A stretch of 64,000 nucleotides of DNA. Origin: Mayamaea pseudoterrestris (lineage: Eukaryota). The stretch lies in the NCBI GenBank assembly GCA_027923505.1, contig BROI01000004.1, forward strand, positions 1,178,001 to 1,242,000. The letters run 5' to 3'. The stretch's first letter is position 1, and the number at the start of each line of letters is the position of its first letter. This document shows, piece by piece, positions 1 through 12,424 of this stretch. The notes beneath the pieces were generated by a model. That model was given only the letters and a program-made list of their open reading frames with translations, was not told the DNA's origin and made no database searches. A program made the translations under genes and the position numbers.

Positions 1-250
1 CTGTCCGCGGAAAAATGACAGGCAGGTGGTGGCACTGCAGATGTCGAACCGGCCAAGGGTGAATGCCCACTGAACGGCTCCAACAAAAGATTGGTAGATC
101 TTGATGTCCGACTCCCCTAAAAGGGACGTCTGGTTGAGTTCCAGGTGATTGTGAGAGTCAAGTGGAGAGCTGTACTTTGGTGGTCATCCGTTGAATGTAC
201 GCTCGTAGTTGGCTAGAAGCTTGGTGATGTAGGTCTTGATGCTCATTCCG
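1..250 (-). pseudogene. Ty1/copia (CoDi-type) reverse transcriptase remnant, running off the window
   Basis: The minus strand reads ...KTYITKLLANYERTFNG*PPKYSSPLDSHNHLELNQTSLLGESDIKIYQSFVGAVQWAFTLGRFDI..., matching the copia RT C-terminal YQS.IG..QW...LGRFDI pattern. It contains an internal stop. Confidence 0.7.
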
Positions 251-467
251 GTGCAGGGGGAAGAAAGCCGCACCGGACAATTGAACACCAAGAAGCACAT
301 GCACCTACTCGAGACTTTACCTGATACCGCCTTACTACGCTCCGCGCGGCGAAAGCCTCGCGACGTCGATTCTCGTCTCCTCATTCTGTTGCACGAAGTC
401 AACTGCAGACATCCGAGTCAAGCAGTTCCAGTACTTCATTAGATAGTCTCATAAGCTTCACGCTACC

Positions 468-1175
468 ATGGCTGACGCTCCTCCTGTCCCTCACGCCATT
501 GGGGGCCCCGCCGGCATCTCGACCAACGCCTCGCTCCTCGACTTCTTCGCCTCGCCGACCAACGACGCCCTTCGCGGCAACAGCCGCGCGTGGATCGAGC
601 AGCTCGACCCACTTGTCCACGACTACGACGGCGCTGACATTCTCGAACGAATCGTCAGCGTGCCTCCGACGCGCGCCGGCGCTTACATCCGTTACCATCG
701 CACGGAACCAGGCGACACGATCGGGACGATCAAGGTTTACACTGGCTTTCAGCAGTACGTCGCAGGCCTCGTCATGACGCCCCTCGACGGGCGAGTCTAC
801 GCCACGCTGGGCGACCTCGTCGCCGGCCAAGGGCACTGTGTACGCATCGTGGAACGCGACTTCGACGCCCTACCGAACGAGACGATCCCAACGACCGACG
901 ACATCGCGTGCGCCTGGTGGGACGACCACGACTGGACCGGCATGCTAGGCAACTGCGTACTCCAAGACCCGGGATTCGTGGATGACGGTTCGGTCGGCGA
1001 CCCGCTTCCGGGACGCGTGGCGCGAGTGCGACGCACGTGCTACTTGCAGCACGAGCTGGTGGAGCTTCTGATGGATCACGACTACGAACCCGCCAAGGCC
1101 TACCGCACCGTGCTATCGCGGCGCGAAGGCTCAACCAAGTTGACAATTATCGCGAACTACTCGACTTTCTCCTTG
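468..1175 (+). mobile_element. Truncated ORF resembling ORF1 (gag-like) of diatom tyrosine-recombinase (DIRS/Ngaro-like) retrotransposons
   Basis: GC-rich ORF with TPLDGRVYATLGDLV..Q and R..Y....VELL.....PAKAY patterns that I recall from diatom YR-element ORF1. It is cut at ~1175 by a copia LTR. The family assignment is from memory only. Confidence 0.4.
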
Positions 1176-1540
1176 TCATATCTCTCCGGTACTCGGGTCC
1201 GTTTCGACACCCATCATGTGTGGTCGGAATGTTCTTCATGTTGCCCAACTTCACCATGGCAACGCCTTGCTGAAGTAAGGCATGCCCCAACCTCGCAAGC
1301 ATGGTTACACTGTCAAACGGTCTATTATTACATAGAATCAGTTGGGCGTCCGTTTGGCATGCATAACTGTAGTTTTTAAGCCCAACGCCTCCGGGCGATG
1401 GTTTTGCAACTTAATTAAAGCAAATCTCGCTCACAATCCTGATAGTCTGGTTGGTCCATAACACTACCGAAAGCAACAGTTGCATTTCTAAAGCATCTCC
1501 TTTCATACGGTACTCAGTAGATTGCATCAAGCATTCTTCA
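1176..1540 (+). repeat. 5' LTR of the copia element (lacks the first ~22 nt)
   Basis: Direct repeat of 8981-9343 with many small indels; ends ...GCATTCTTCA. Confidence 0.9.
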
Positions 1541-4500
1541 CTGATTCTGACCCAAGTTAAGCCTTACACGCCAGCGTTTCCCTCAAACAAAAAACGATTC
1601 CTTTTACGTCGGAGACGCCGCCGTTTAAACAAGCCAACAAGCCTTTGATATCAAGCTCCATACCTGCAGAAAGAGCATGTAGAGCACCTACTACTGCTCC
1701 CAAGACACTGAACGCCGGATCCTTTCAGCCCGTCTCCCAAGCGCCCAACCCTGCTCCCAAAGGATGGAAGTCCAGTCCTCTCAGATGAAGCTGACGCCGT
1801 CTCCAAGGTTGGAGGCAAGCCATAGCCCTACACCTCCCCCTTGGCTCCAGCTCCACTCCTCCTGCTCCCCTCAGCTCCAGCTCGGCGCCGATCACGCCTG
1901 CTCCTGCTCCTCCAGCCCCTCCGCGCCTCAACTCCTCCAGCTCCAACGCCTCCTGCCCCCGCCTGCTCCTCCTGCCCCGCCGGCAGGCAGGCCGCCTGAA
2001 GATCCAGGCGCCTTGGCGGCAGCCGTGGATCGGATAGCCCCTAAACAGTGCGGTGCACTTTACCGGTGGAAAAAGTACATCCCCTGCACTGGCGGTGAGC
2101 CGGCCCGTGACTTTGCGAGTTCCCTCAGCGGCCTACACCATCGAATCCGTCTCCATTCGACTCGCCTCGGTTTGATAGTTAAGCTCACCAGGTTGGAATG
2201 CCCGTACCAAGGACTGTCGCCAAAAGCTGTCCTTAAGGGCGACTGCCGCAAGCAGGGAAATGCAGGTTGAGGAGCATCGTCACTATGGAATGGACACCAT
2301 TGTGCACCTTGATCACCCTTTGGATGACAAACAAACCGTCTCCATTATCAAGCCTGATGGGCTTTTCTTGACCACCGGCGAGGTCATCCGTCATCTCGAG
2401 GGACCACAAAGACCTGGGACCCTTATGATGAAGACCAATGATGATAAACCACCATTCCTTCGCCCAATTCCATTGATTCCGAGTTTAGCAAGCGCCTCAT
2501 GTACCAGACACCGGTGGCGAAAGACCTTGTCATCACCTTTTCCGTGTCATGTCAATGATCGCCGCTTCTTCGCGAGGTTCACCACGCGTGGCAGGCGGTG
2601 GCCATCAGATCCCAAGCTTTTGCAGGCCAAAAACATCACTGCTTGTCGTGCTGTACTGGACAAGCTCAAGCCTCTCTTCAATGCCTGCACCTACAATCAC
2701 GATACGCGAGGGAGCTCGCCATGGCCTAAACACACGCGGAGGCCGAGTGTTTGAAGGAAAACCCTGGTGGCTGGCCTTCCGTGAGCGCTTTACCCGCCAG
2801 CATTCTATAGGCCCACCTGAAACTCCGCCCCATCATTGAAAGTGAGCGGCATTTCTACATGGCGGAACAGCGGTGCCCTGCCTGAAAGATATGTTTGCTG
2901 ATGCCATTGCCTCTATGACGTCTATAATACCAGCAGGATGGCTTTGCCTGGCCGCACGGTTCGCGGGTTCCCCAAGCCAATCTCCTCGAGCTCAGTCTAA
3001 GCTCCTCCCGGCTCCACCTTGCCCAGCCTTGGCTATTTTATGCGGTTCCATGGCGCTCGTTCCGACTGCCCCAAGAATGAGCATTTCAACCCGAAGGATG
3101 GTGGTTCAAGTGGTGGCTCCGGTGGACCCAGCAAGCCCTCCCATTCAATCAAGGCAACCAAAGGCAACCTCCTCCCGATGCCAGAACAATAATGGCAAGG
3201 GCAAAAAAGGCAACAATCCGCTCCTCCAACGGCAAAAGGGCCGTTCCTCCTCAACCAGGACTCCAAGCTCTGGTGTGGCTATTGCACTCGGTATCGGCAC
3301 CCATTGCACCAAGGAGCACAAGGACACGCGCACCATGAAGAACCCACCCAAGGAGCTCCTATCATCAGGCAAACCTTGCAAATGTGCATGATCCCAATGA
3401 GTGGGTGGTCCCTTATGTTAACCTGGCGCAAGTTGAGTTCCAAAGCGCTGGTCTGCCCCGTCGCCTGATCCTGCCACTGTCCCAGTTGCTGCCCCACTTG
3501 TGAACCGTTGGGTGGCGCCTCCTCGCATCATTCCTGATGGCCCTCTACAGTTCCTCCTCCCGTGGCTGCAGCTCCTACTGTCATTGATTTAACTGAAACG
3601 GTTGTGGATTTGACCCTTGACGGGGATCTGACAGTGAATCGGTCACAGTGCCTCCACTCACAGTGCCTCCACCGTTCCCAGCACCAACAAGGCAAAGCGC
3701 CCTGCTCGGTCCCACAGCAGTCCTCTCGGTTCCCCAAGTCTGCCAAGATTGCTGTTGGTACCTTGCTCCCTTTGAGCCTGTGTGCCCAAGGCTGATGCAT
3801 TGCCCGTTTGTCGCTCTCCGCCCTGCTGTGACCCCAGCCCAAGCCCTACACTCAGCCAAGTTTGCTAGGTGGTTTCCTTGTGTTCACCCCCAGTTCCTGA
3901 GCCTGCCTTGCCTACCGCCACCATTCACCTTCAGGAGACTGCCTCCCGGTTTAAAGGAAGCCACATTGGTGTGCCTGTGCCTGCCGTCACCCTTTGGCTT
4001 GCCTCGCTCCTTGGCCTCCTTGCTCAAGGCCTCTCCCTTGTGCATGCCACCCTCTTCTTCTACTGGATGCACTGGGAGCTCATTGAGCTCTTCATTTTGT
4101 GGTTTTCCTCCTTGCTGGATTGGTTCTCCTCGGCTGCTGGTACCGCGTAGCCTACCGCCCGCCTTCGTCGAGGCCTACTTGGATGCCAACCTGCCCCATA
4201 CTTGCGGCGCCTCCTCCTGCCTTACCGTGCCTACCGCGCCTTGAGTCGCACTGCCTGGCGAGGTATTCAAAGGTCTGTCTGGTGGAAGCCTTCTTTTGAT
4301 GGATCATTTTGACCGGCGCCTCACACGGTGGTTTGCTCGGCACTTTGCCTACTGGCTCTCCTACAGGCCTGCCAACGGGGGAAGATGCCATGCGAGGCCT
4401 GCGACTGTCCTTTACACCTTCAACGGGCACTCCTGGATCCAAATGCAATGATTGGCCATGTGGATCCTCAACCTACTCGGTATGTACTGCCTCTCCCGCA

Positions 4501-6022
4501 ACAAGCGCCGCCGCCGCCAGCGCCGCAACAAGTGCGCACCGCTGTGTTGCTCGTGGCTCCTCCTCCTCCGCCGCCTCTTCAGTCCCTCAAGTCCCTAAAT
4601 CCGCCGTCGAGGCCGCCGAGGCGGCGAGGCCGTGGGTCCCGTAAAGGCAAGTCCCTTGGAAGAGACCAGTCTCGCAGCCCCTCCCGTGATCCTAAACGGG
4701 GGAATACTTGTCAACCCAGCACGAGACCAAGCCATCTGCCAAGTCCATCACCAGACGCCGTTCACGTCCCTCCCATTAGACTATCTTGCTTCTGCCTACG
4801 TCTTGAGCCTTTCCTCCTCTGAGCGAGAGGCATTTGCCCGACTGGATCCGTCAGACATTGGCAGCCATCCGCCGCAATCCTAACTTCATTGACTCTAAGA
4901 CCAAGGCTAAAGAAGCGCAGTCCAAAGTGATTTGGGATTCAGGCGCCAGCATCTCCCCTTTCTCCATGCCGCTCTGACTTTGTTGGTCCAATTGAAACGC
5001 CTCCTGAGGGGAGCATTTATCAATGGATTGTTTCAACCTGGTCGCATTGCAGGCAGGGGATGTGTTGCCTGGACCTTCCTTGACAATGGAGGCATGCGGC
5101 GCACCCTCAAACTCCCTGCATATTACGTTCCTACTGGAAAGGTTCGGTTGCTCAGTACCTCCAACTTGCTGCAGCAATACCCAGAGGAATTCATATATGG
5201 AGATGAGCATGCTATCTACCTAAGTGGAACCAAGTCTACCACGCATGAGGATGGATCCATTACCAACAATGGGATTGAAGTCTTGGTGGATCCTGATTCA
5301 AACTTGCCCACTGCCTACGCCATTGACAATGATTCTGGCCCAAATTCCTTTTACATCGATCCTGGAACACCCTGGCCCCTCCACCTGGTCCAGCGCCAAG
5401 CTCACCTTCTGACCAATCACAAGGCGAAGGAGGCTCAAGTGGCTCATCTCCTGGTTCTCCACAAGGCCCTCGAGACCATGATCCGCCTCTCTTCACCATC
5501 TGGCGCCAAGTGCCCCAGGCTCTCCATATTGCCTTGCAGTCACCCCAGCTCCTTCCGTCCTTTTCAAACATCAACAAGAACCTCAGTGAGTCTGAAAAGG
5601 AGCTCCTTAGATGGCATTTCCGCCTTGGCCATCTCGCCTTCAACCGGATCCAGTTCCTGATGCGCAGTGGCACCCTCTCCCATTCAGAGGCCCAGCGCAG
5701 GCTCCATGCCCTTAGCTCCCGCATCATTCACCCTCCAATGTGTGCTGCCTGTCAATATGCCAAGCAAAGGTTCGCGCAACCCAGGCATTCAGTCTCAAGC
5801 AGTTAAAGACCCAAGCACGGTGTCCTACGGCGCGACAATCTGTTTCCAGACGGCAGCGTCAGTGTGGACCACTTCATTTGCTCTACAAAAGGCCGCTTAT
5901 TCAACTCTAGAGGCAAGTCTCAAGAAACTGAGCTCTTCAGTGGTGGTTGCATCTTTGTGGATCATGCTACTGGCTTTTGTCCACATTGAGTTCCAGAAGC
6001 ACCTCAATTCTGACGCAAACGC

Positions 6023-8860
6023 TTGCAGCCAAGGAGGCCTTTTGAGCTCAAATGCCGTGACTTTGGAGTCCTTCCTCAAGAGTATCTTTCAGACAATGGA
6101 AGAGCCTTTACCTCCCAAGCATTTGCGCAGCATTTGTCCACCTTTGCTCAAGTTAGCAGGTTTGCTGGCACTGGAGCCCACCATCACAATGGCATTGCAG
6201 AGCGCAGTATCCAAACAATCATGAGCATCTCGCGTGCTATGATGCTGCATGCCTCCATCCACTGGAGTGAAGTCTCTGATCCTAATCTGTGGCCCATGGC
6301 CTGCAGCTACGCAGTCTTTCTTTGGAACAAGATGCCAGACCTGCAAAGCGGTGTGAGTCCCCATGACCTCTTTACCAGGACTCGCTGGCCTCAAGCCAAG
6401 TTCCATGACCTCCATGTATGGGGATGCCCAGTGTATGTCCTTGAAAAGCGCCTTTCTGATGGCCAGAAGCTTCCAAGGTGGTCACCCCGCTCCAAGCGCT
6501 GCATCTTCATGGGTATGAGCGACAGTCACGCCAGCTCTGTCCCTTTGGTCCTAAATCCTGCAACAGGAGCTATTACGCCACAGTTCCATGTTGTCTTTGA
6601 TGACTGGTTTGCTACAGTTACCTCGGAACCGTCCAGTTTGCCTGACTTCAACACCCCAGCCTGGGACAAGATGTTTGGCGAAAGCGCCTACCAGTACATT
6701 CCAAACCGACGAGCCGAGTCTCTGCCTGCAACACCGGATGATGCTACACCTCCCATTACTGAAGCTGCAAGTCAAAGGATCGACAGGGTACAGAATGCCT
6801 TCGAACGCAACAGTCCCCCTCGCGTCCTTCCCATTCCGCCTCCGCCTGAGCCAACCTGGGCACAGCTTCCGCCAGCACCGGCGCCAATGCCAGCTACGCC
6901 AGCGGTACCAAGAGCGCCCAGTCCTCCTCCTACAAGGGCGCCAAGTTCGCCTCCTCCAAGGGCGCCTAGTCCTCCTCCTGCAAGGGCGCCTAGTCCGCCT
7001 CCTGCAAGGGCGCCATCTCCCATTTTGCACGACCCAAGGGCGAACGAATCCGCACCTCCGTCGTCACCTGCACCTCCGCCGGCTCCAGCTACACAGCATG
7101 AACCAAGACGCTCTAGTCGCTCCAATTTTGGCGTTCAACCCGATCGACTTACCTACCCGCGCCTTGGCCTTCCAGCCATGTTCGCCTACACTGAAAAGGT
7201 GGCTGAGTATGCCCATTTTGCCTCCCTGTATTCCGCCTTCCGCATCCCAGCGCCAGCCATTTACAAAGCTGCTGCCTCTGACCCCGACACCCTTTCCTGG
7301 GATGAGGCAATGTGCGATGTATCTCACCAAGATCACTGGCTCAAGGCTGCAGAAGGAGAAATCACATCCCTACAGTCAAAAGGCACATGGATTGAAGTCC
7401 CCAAGTCTGAGGCCAAGAGCAGGATCATCCCCGGCACCTGGGTCTTCCGCCGCAAGCGTTCACCCGATGGCACAATCAAGAAGTACAAAGCTCGCTTCTG
7501 TGTCCGTGGTGGCCTTGAGGAAGGCTCATTTGACACCTTTGCCCCGGTTGTGGCCTGGTCTACCATTCACCTCCTCCTAGTGTTTGCCCTGACCCTTGAC
7601 TGGCATGCCTGCACCGTCGATTTTGCAAGTGCCTTTGTCCAAGCTGAATTGGATAAGCCAGTCTGGATTCACATTCCTCGAGGTTTCAACTCAAGCAAAG
7701 GCCCCAACCACTGCCTGCGCCTCAAGAAGAGCCTCTCTACGCTGTCGTTGCACCCCGACTCTGGTTTCAACACCTGTGCAGCGCCTTGAAAAGCCTTGGT
7801 CTCATACAAAGCTCCTTTGACCAATGCTTGTTCTTTGGCCTTGGTCTAGTGTGTGGGTGCTATGTCGACGATTTAGCTATCATTGGCAAGACTCCTAAGG
7901 TTGTCAACGACTTTGTTGCAAAGCTCCGGTCCCTTGGTCTTGAACTCACTCAGGAAGACTCCCTTTGCGAGTACCTTGGCATCAAGCTTGTACGTGATGA
8001 TGCTAAAGGGACCTACACTCTCACCCAACAAGGATTGATTGACAAGATTATCACTGCCACTGGCCTTGCCGAGTCCAACCCCAACAGTGTCCCTGCTACC
8101 CAGCTTGCCCTTGGCACCGACCCCGACGGAGCCTACATGCAAGAAAGCTGGTCCTACCCTTCTGTTGTTGGCATGCTCCTCTATCTTGCCATCAATACCC
8201 GCCCGGACATTGCCTACGCCGTCAGTCAAGTGGCACGTTTCAACCACGGTCCCAAGCAGACTCATGCGAGAGCTGTTAAAACGATTGTCCGTTACCTCAA
8301 GGGATCGCCGCACCATTGGCACCGTCATGAAGCCAAATGGTTCCTTCAATCTTGATCTATATACAGATGCCGACTATGCTGGTTTGTATAAACAGGAACC
8401 CGACCATTCTGCAACAGCAGTCCGCTCTCGTACAGGCTACATCATTCTTCTCGGTAGCTGCCCGCTTGTTTGGAAATCCCAGCTACAGACCGAGATTGCC
8501 CTTTCAACTCTGGAAGCCGAGTACTGTGCACTCTCCCTTGGTCTTAAAGCCCTTCTCCCTCTCAAGCGCATCCTTATGGAAGTCCTTCAGACCCTCCGCC
8601 TTCCCAGTCCTACAGCAACTTGCGTGAGCGCTCGTGCCTACCAGGATAACCAAGGCGCCTTCTACCTTGCCGTCAATAAGCGCCTCACCAACCGCACCAA
8701 GCACATGTTGGTCAAGTTCCATTGGTTTTGGCGCCACCATGAGCAAGGCGAATTCTCTATCTGCATGGTTAAGTCAGCCGATCAGCTGGCAGACTACCTC
8801 ACCAAGGGTCTCTCCAAGGATGTGTTCCTCAAGAACCGCAGAAGCGTCCAACACAATTAA
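6023..8860 (+). CDS. pol: Copia pol (integrase-RT-RNase H), split by frameshifts near 7740-7790 and ~8305-8340
   Basis: ORFs 6023-7789, 7786-8355 and 8039-8860 carry consecutive IN, RT and RH motifs. Confidence 0.9.
6908..7022 (+). repeat. 24-bp coding tandem repeat (RAPSPPPx x~5) in the IN-RT linker
   Basis: Repeated caagggcgcc(t/a)agtcc.cctcctg units. Confidence 0.85.
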
Positions 8861-8958
8861 GCTCCTGCTGCTTCTTCTACATCACTACACCTCTACATTC
8901 AAATAACTACATTTTACATTCCCGTTCCTATTTGCCTGCATTCAAGCGCAAGGGCGAG

Positions 8959-9343
8959 TTAAGGTATCTTCGGATCGGGTTCATATCTCTCCGGTACTCC
9001 GGGTCCGTTTCGACACCCATCATGTGTGGTCGGAATGTTCTTCATGTTGCTTGCTTCACCATGGCAACGCCTTGCTAGTAAAGGCATGCCCCAACCTCTC
9101 GCAAGCATGGTTACACTGTCAAACGGTCTATTATTACATAGGGAATCAGTTGAGGCAATCCGTTTGGCATGCATAACTGTAGTTTTCGCCCAACGCCTCG
9201 GGCGATGGTTTTGCAACTTGTTCGCTCAAATCTCGCTCACAATCTGATAGTCTGGTTGGTCCATAACACTATAAAGCAACAGTTGCATTTCACAAAGCAT
9301 CTCCTTTCATCGTACTCAAGTAGATTGCATCAAGCATTCTTCA
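8959..9343 (+). repeat. 3' LTR of the copia element
   Basis: Follows the purine tract AAGGGCGAG; begins TTAAGGTATC and ends TTCTTCA; homologous to 1176-1540 and 30239-30333. Confidence 0.9.
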
Positions 9344-9602
9344 CTTATAGCAAGTATTGATCCTTGTAACAAAACATGTTAACACATTCTTTTTAGACTA
9401 ATAGCGATACTACGCCCATCGTTGCAACGCAGCAGCATAGAACTACAGTAAAGACTTGTTCACAAATATAAATCACTGTTAATCATATTCATCCTTTTTA
9501 CTACTACTACTTCATCTTCACGCAACAAATAAACACCACAAAACATTTTCATCACAGGCTCGACACCTTGCACTTTCAATTTTTCACTCGTATTCCACCT
9601 AT

Positions 9603-10214
9603 TCAAACAACAACATCCGTATTCGTATTCGTCGCCTGATCAGAAACATTGGACGTTGGCTCCGTCATGGTGCTCATTGGTGTGACTGGTGCCGTCGGCG
9701 CCGGCGCCGGAGCGTTGGCAAACACTGGATCCGGCACTGTAGCCAGCGGCATGGCGGCGGCCGCCGACGTGGACATGGCCGCCACTCCAGCCGTTCCGGC
9801 GGCGGTATCGGCTGGATTCGTGTTTGTCGTACCAGTATTTCCAGTAGTACCTTGCGTCGTCGGTTTGACTTGAATCTTGCGTTCCGTCTCCCGATGGATG
9901 CGTTCAATTTCCTCCTGCAGCTCGTCAATCTCACGCTGCTCCTGCAACAGTTCACTTTTGCACTGCTCGACTATTGCTTGTAGTTCACTATCAGTTGCAT
10001 CATGTTCCAAAACGCGCGTCATGTAGTCGACGCCAAACTGCTTTTTGCGATTCGCAATTTTCATTTCCTTGACTTTAATCTTGGCGCGCTCGTCCGTCGA
10101 CTGCACTTTACCGCTGCAGCGAGTGAAGCAATTCTTGGTGGCGCGCAGCAAATGCTGCAGGAACGACTCGTGATGATTGTTGTCAGAGTCGTTTGCTGGT
10201 GATGACGACGCCAT
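9603..10214 (-). CDS. Uncharacterised coiled-coil protein with a low-complexity T/A/P-rich C-terminus
   Basis: Open ORF; ATG at 10214; charged heptad-like region RKKQFGVDY...EIDELQEEIERI. Confidence 0.7.
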   Translation of the reverse strand: MASSSPANDSDNNHHESFLQHLLRATKNCFTRCSGKVQSTDERAKIKVKEMKIANRKKQFGVDYMTRVLEHDATDSELQAIVEQCKSELLQEQREIDELQEEIERIHRETERKIQVKPTTQGTTGNTGTTNTNPADTAAGTAGVAAMSTSAAAAMPLATVPDPVFANAPAPAPTAPVTPMSTMTEPTSNVSDQATNTNTDVVV

Positions 10215-10660
10215 GGTGAGAAGCAAGGAGCGAGTAGAGACGAGAGGATTTTTCTATCAGCAGCTCAATCAGAAACGCAAGTAATACGATGCAATCCTAT
10301 GATATGCAAGCGCTCAATATGATAGACTTGTAGTGCGCGCACAAGATTTATATTCTTGAAAGCTCGGAACAAGAACTGTATGCGAAGAGGTGCTTCTCCG
10401 CAAGATCTTGGTGCGCTTGGCCGAAAGTGGCCATGATGTCACGCAAGGAAAGATGTTCGGAAGGAAGATGACGTGGCATGGAAGTGACGATGCGACACTA
10501 TATAGACCGGCTTGCGCGCGCGCATCAGTGGGTTTACTTGGCCATGGAGATTTTGCAATGCGCATGGCGCTGCGCACCATTTTCGAAACGATAGTCATCA
10601 ATGTACTCGCTTGCTTGATCTTTTCATCAAGCGAAACATATTGAAACTCATTCATGTAAC

Positions 10661-12205
10661 ATGAGGTTATCGCAATTACACTGCTGCTTGTCGCCCAAGC
10701 ATGTACTTCCGCTCGTCTTTGTTTTTGCCTGGATGACGTTGCTTTATGACCAAGTCGACCGTCATTCCAGATTCATGGAAAACACTGCATTAATAATATC
10801 CATGAAGGACTTTGCATCGAATCCGACAATGTCCTCGTCGCTGAATCATGGTGCAGTCGCAGGCATAGACAAAGAGGCTGCCATCGAACAGCAGTCGAGT
10901 GTAAGGCATCATCAACAACAAGCCGATGCTAGACACCATCGACGACGACGACGGCAGCGACGAAACTATAGCAACACTACCAATCTACGAAGAGATTTCA
11001 TGCCAGACATGCTACCAGACTACGCCAAGCGCGCCAACTACGAACATCTTCCTTTGCGTATTCCGCCACTGGATTCACTCATTCACACTAGTAACTTTAT
11101 TTCACCCACCAACTATACCGTCACGTTTGATAAAAACGTGAGCTACTTGTTGGACTTTGCCATTATCGGTTTCGGCAAGTGCGGTACTTCCACACTCATG
11201 CACTGGCTCAACGACCACGACGAGTCGCAAGTGCTGGGCGTGGAAATGTGGTCGCTCGTGGCAAATCGGCCCGCGTTTCTCGTGGCCCGCCTCCATCGCT
11301 CGCTGCAGCAGTCGCATCAAAAACAGCGCGGCTACAAGTGCCCCGGCGATGTGCTGCAGCCACACGCCATGCGTTACTATCATACATTATGGCCGCGCGC
11401 CAAACTCTTTGTCGGCGTCCGTCATCCCATTTTGCATTTCGAGTCGCTCTACAACTTTCGCATTCAAAATTTTGTGGACTCTCAAATGAAGCACCCCAAT
11501 CGACTCATTGGGCCGTGCTACGGCGGATACAAAATGACCTGCACGCTCAAGAGTGACTGGGCCTACTATTTACTGGCGCTCGGCAAGCAGTTTCTGCAAA
11601 TAGACGGTAGTTCCAATGCAACGTCGTACGAGCTGAGCGAGTTGGAGCGTGAGATTGTATACCATCATCCCTATCGACGCAAACCAATGAACATTTCCAC
11701 CATTCAACCCATTCGTAACAAAATTTTCATCTTTGAGCTCGGCCAACTCGGCGACGCCAACGAAACCCGCCGCCAGCAGTTTCAATCTGATGTACAGCAA
11801 TACTTGGGCTTTAAAGCGCCACTGGCGCCCGTGCATCATTTCGTGCCCGGCAAGGTTTGGCCCGCGCCCGTGCAGGCGGCCAAGAATGAGCTGAAGATGA
11901 ACGTTTGCGACCATGACTACATTCCGCTGCGCCGCGAGTTGCTGCGACAGGCGCGTCTGAGCGCCAACTGGGTCGAAACCGTCTTTTTAAATGCGCATGG
12001 CGTCCACGCGAGCAACCGCGAACACTTGCACAAACTACTTGACACGTGGCGCAGCGATCCGTGCGGACCAGACAGTGAAAAAGTCACCGAGGAGGAGAGT
12101 ATCGCGATTCTACTGCGGACGCGCGATGCGCCCGATAGCGCTAGAAAGAAGGAGCTGCTGGAATTTCTCAAGCTTCATACGCCCGTGGAAAATGATAATA
12201 GATGA
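10661..12205 (+). CDS. Type II membrane sulfotransferase-family protein
   Basis: N-terminal TM anchor; 5'-PSB loop DFAIIGFGKCGTSTL; 3'-PB-like VGVRHPILHFESLYNF. Confidence 0.8.
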   Translation: MRLSQLHCCLSPKHVLPLVFVFAWMTLLYDQVDRHSRFMENTALIISMKDFASNPTMSSSLNHGAVAGIDKEAAIEQQSSVRHHQQQADARHHRRRRRQRRNYSNTTNLRRDFMPDMLPDYAKRANYEHLPLRIPPLDSLIHTSNFISPTNYTVTFDKNVSYLLDFAIIGFGKCGTSTLMHWLNDHDESQVLGVEMWSLVANRPAFLVARLHRSLQQSHQKQRGYKCPGDVLQPHAMRYYHTLWPRAKLFVGVRHPILHFESLYNFRIQNFVDSQMKHPNRLIGPCYGGYKMTCTLKSDWAYYLLALGKQFLQIDGSSNATSYELSELEREIVYHHPYRRKPMNISTIQPIRNKIFIFELGQLGDANETRRQQFQSDVQQYLGFKAPLAPVHHFVPGKVWPAPVQAAKNELKMNVCDHDYIPLRRELLRQARLSANWVETVFLNAHGVHASNREHLHKLLDTWRSDPCGPDSEKVTEEESIAILLRTRDAPDSARKKELLEFLKLHTPVENDNR

Positions 12206-12424
12206 TGAATGGATAAACAGTTTTTATAGTTAGATGCGAGAATAAATGAGTCGTCGGTGACGACAGCACGCAACACCCATCAATTAAGAGCTGCTGCGTG
12301 AAGCGAGTAACTTTTACTTTGCGTTGCGTTCTACATGACATAACCGCACTTCACTACACCTTTTAATGTGCAATTTGCAGTAACTGCGTGCTCCTAATTT
12401 TTACAATCCTCCCAACTACATTAC

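Larger units (their letters stand above)
1176..9343 (+). mobile_element. Ty1/copia LTR retrotransposon (CoDi-like), frameshifted
   Basis: Two LTRs. Protease VIWDSGASIS (~4927). GAG-pre-integrase WHFRLGHL...CAACQYAK (~5610-5765). Integrase VSVDHF / YLSDNG / NGIAER. RT YKARFCVRG and YVDD (7861). RNase H YTDADYAG (~8360). The order PR-IN-RT-RH is copia-type. Confidence 0.95.

Noticed and set aside
1176..1379. C-terminal 68 aa of ORF 468-1379, and similar ORFs at 9026 and 30154
   Set aside because: Read-through into LTR sequence, not a conserved protein domain.
6551..7580. Repetitive alternative-frame and antisense ORFs (RRRTRRPC, LLQGR, GGGLGAL)
   Set aside because: Shadows of the proline-rich repeat in copia pol.
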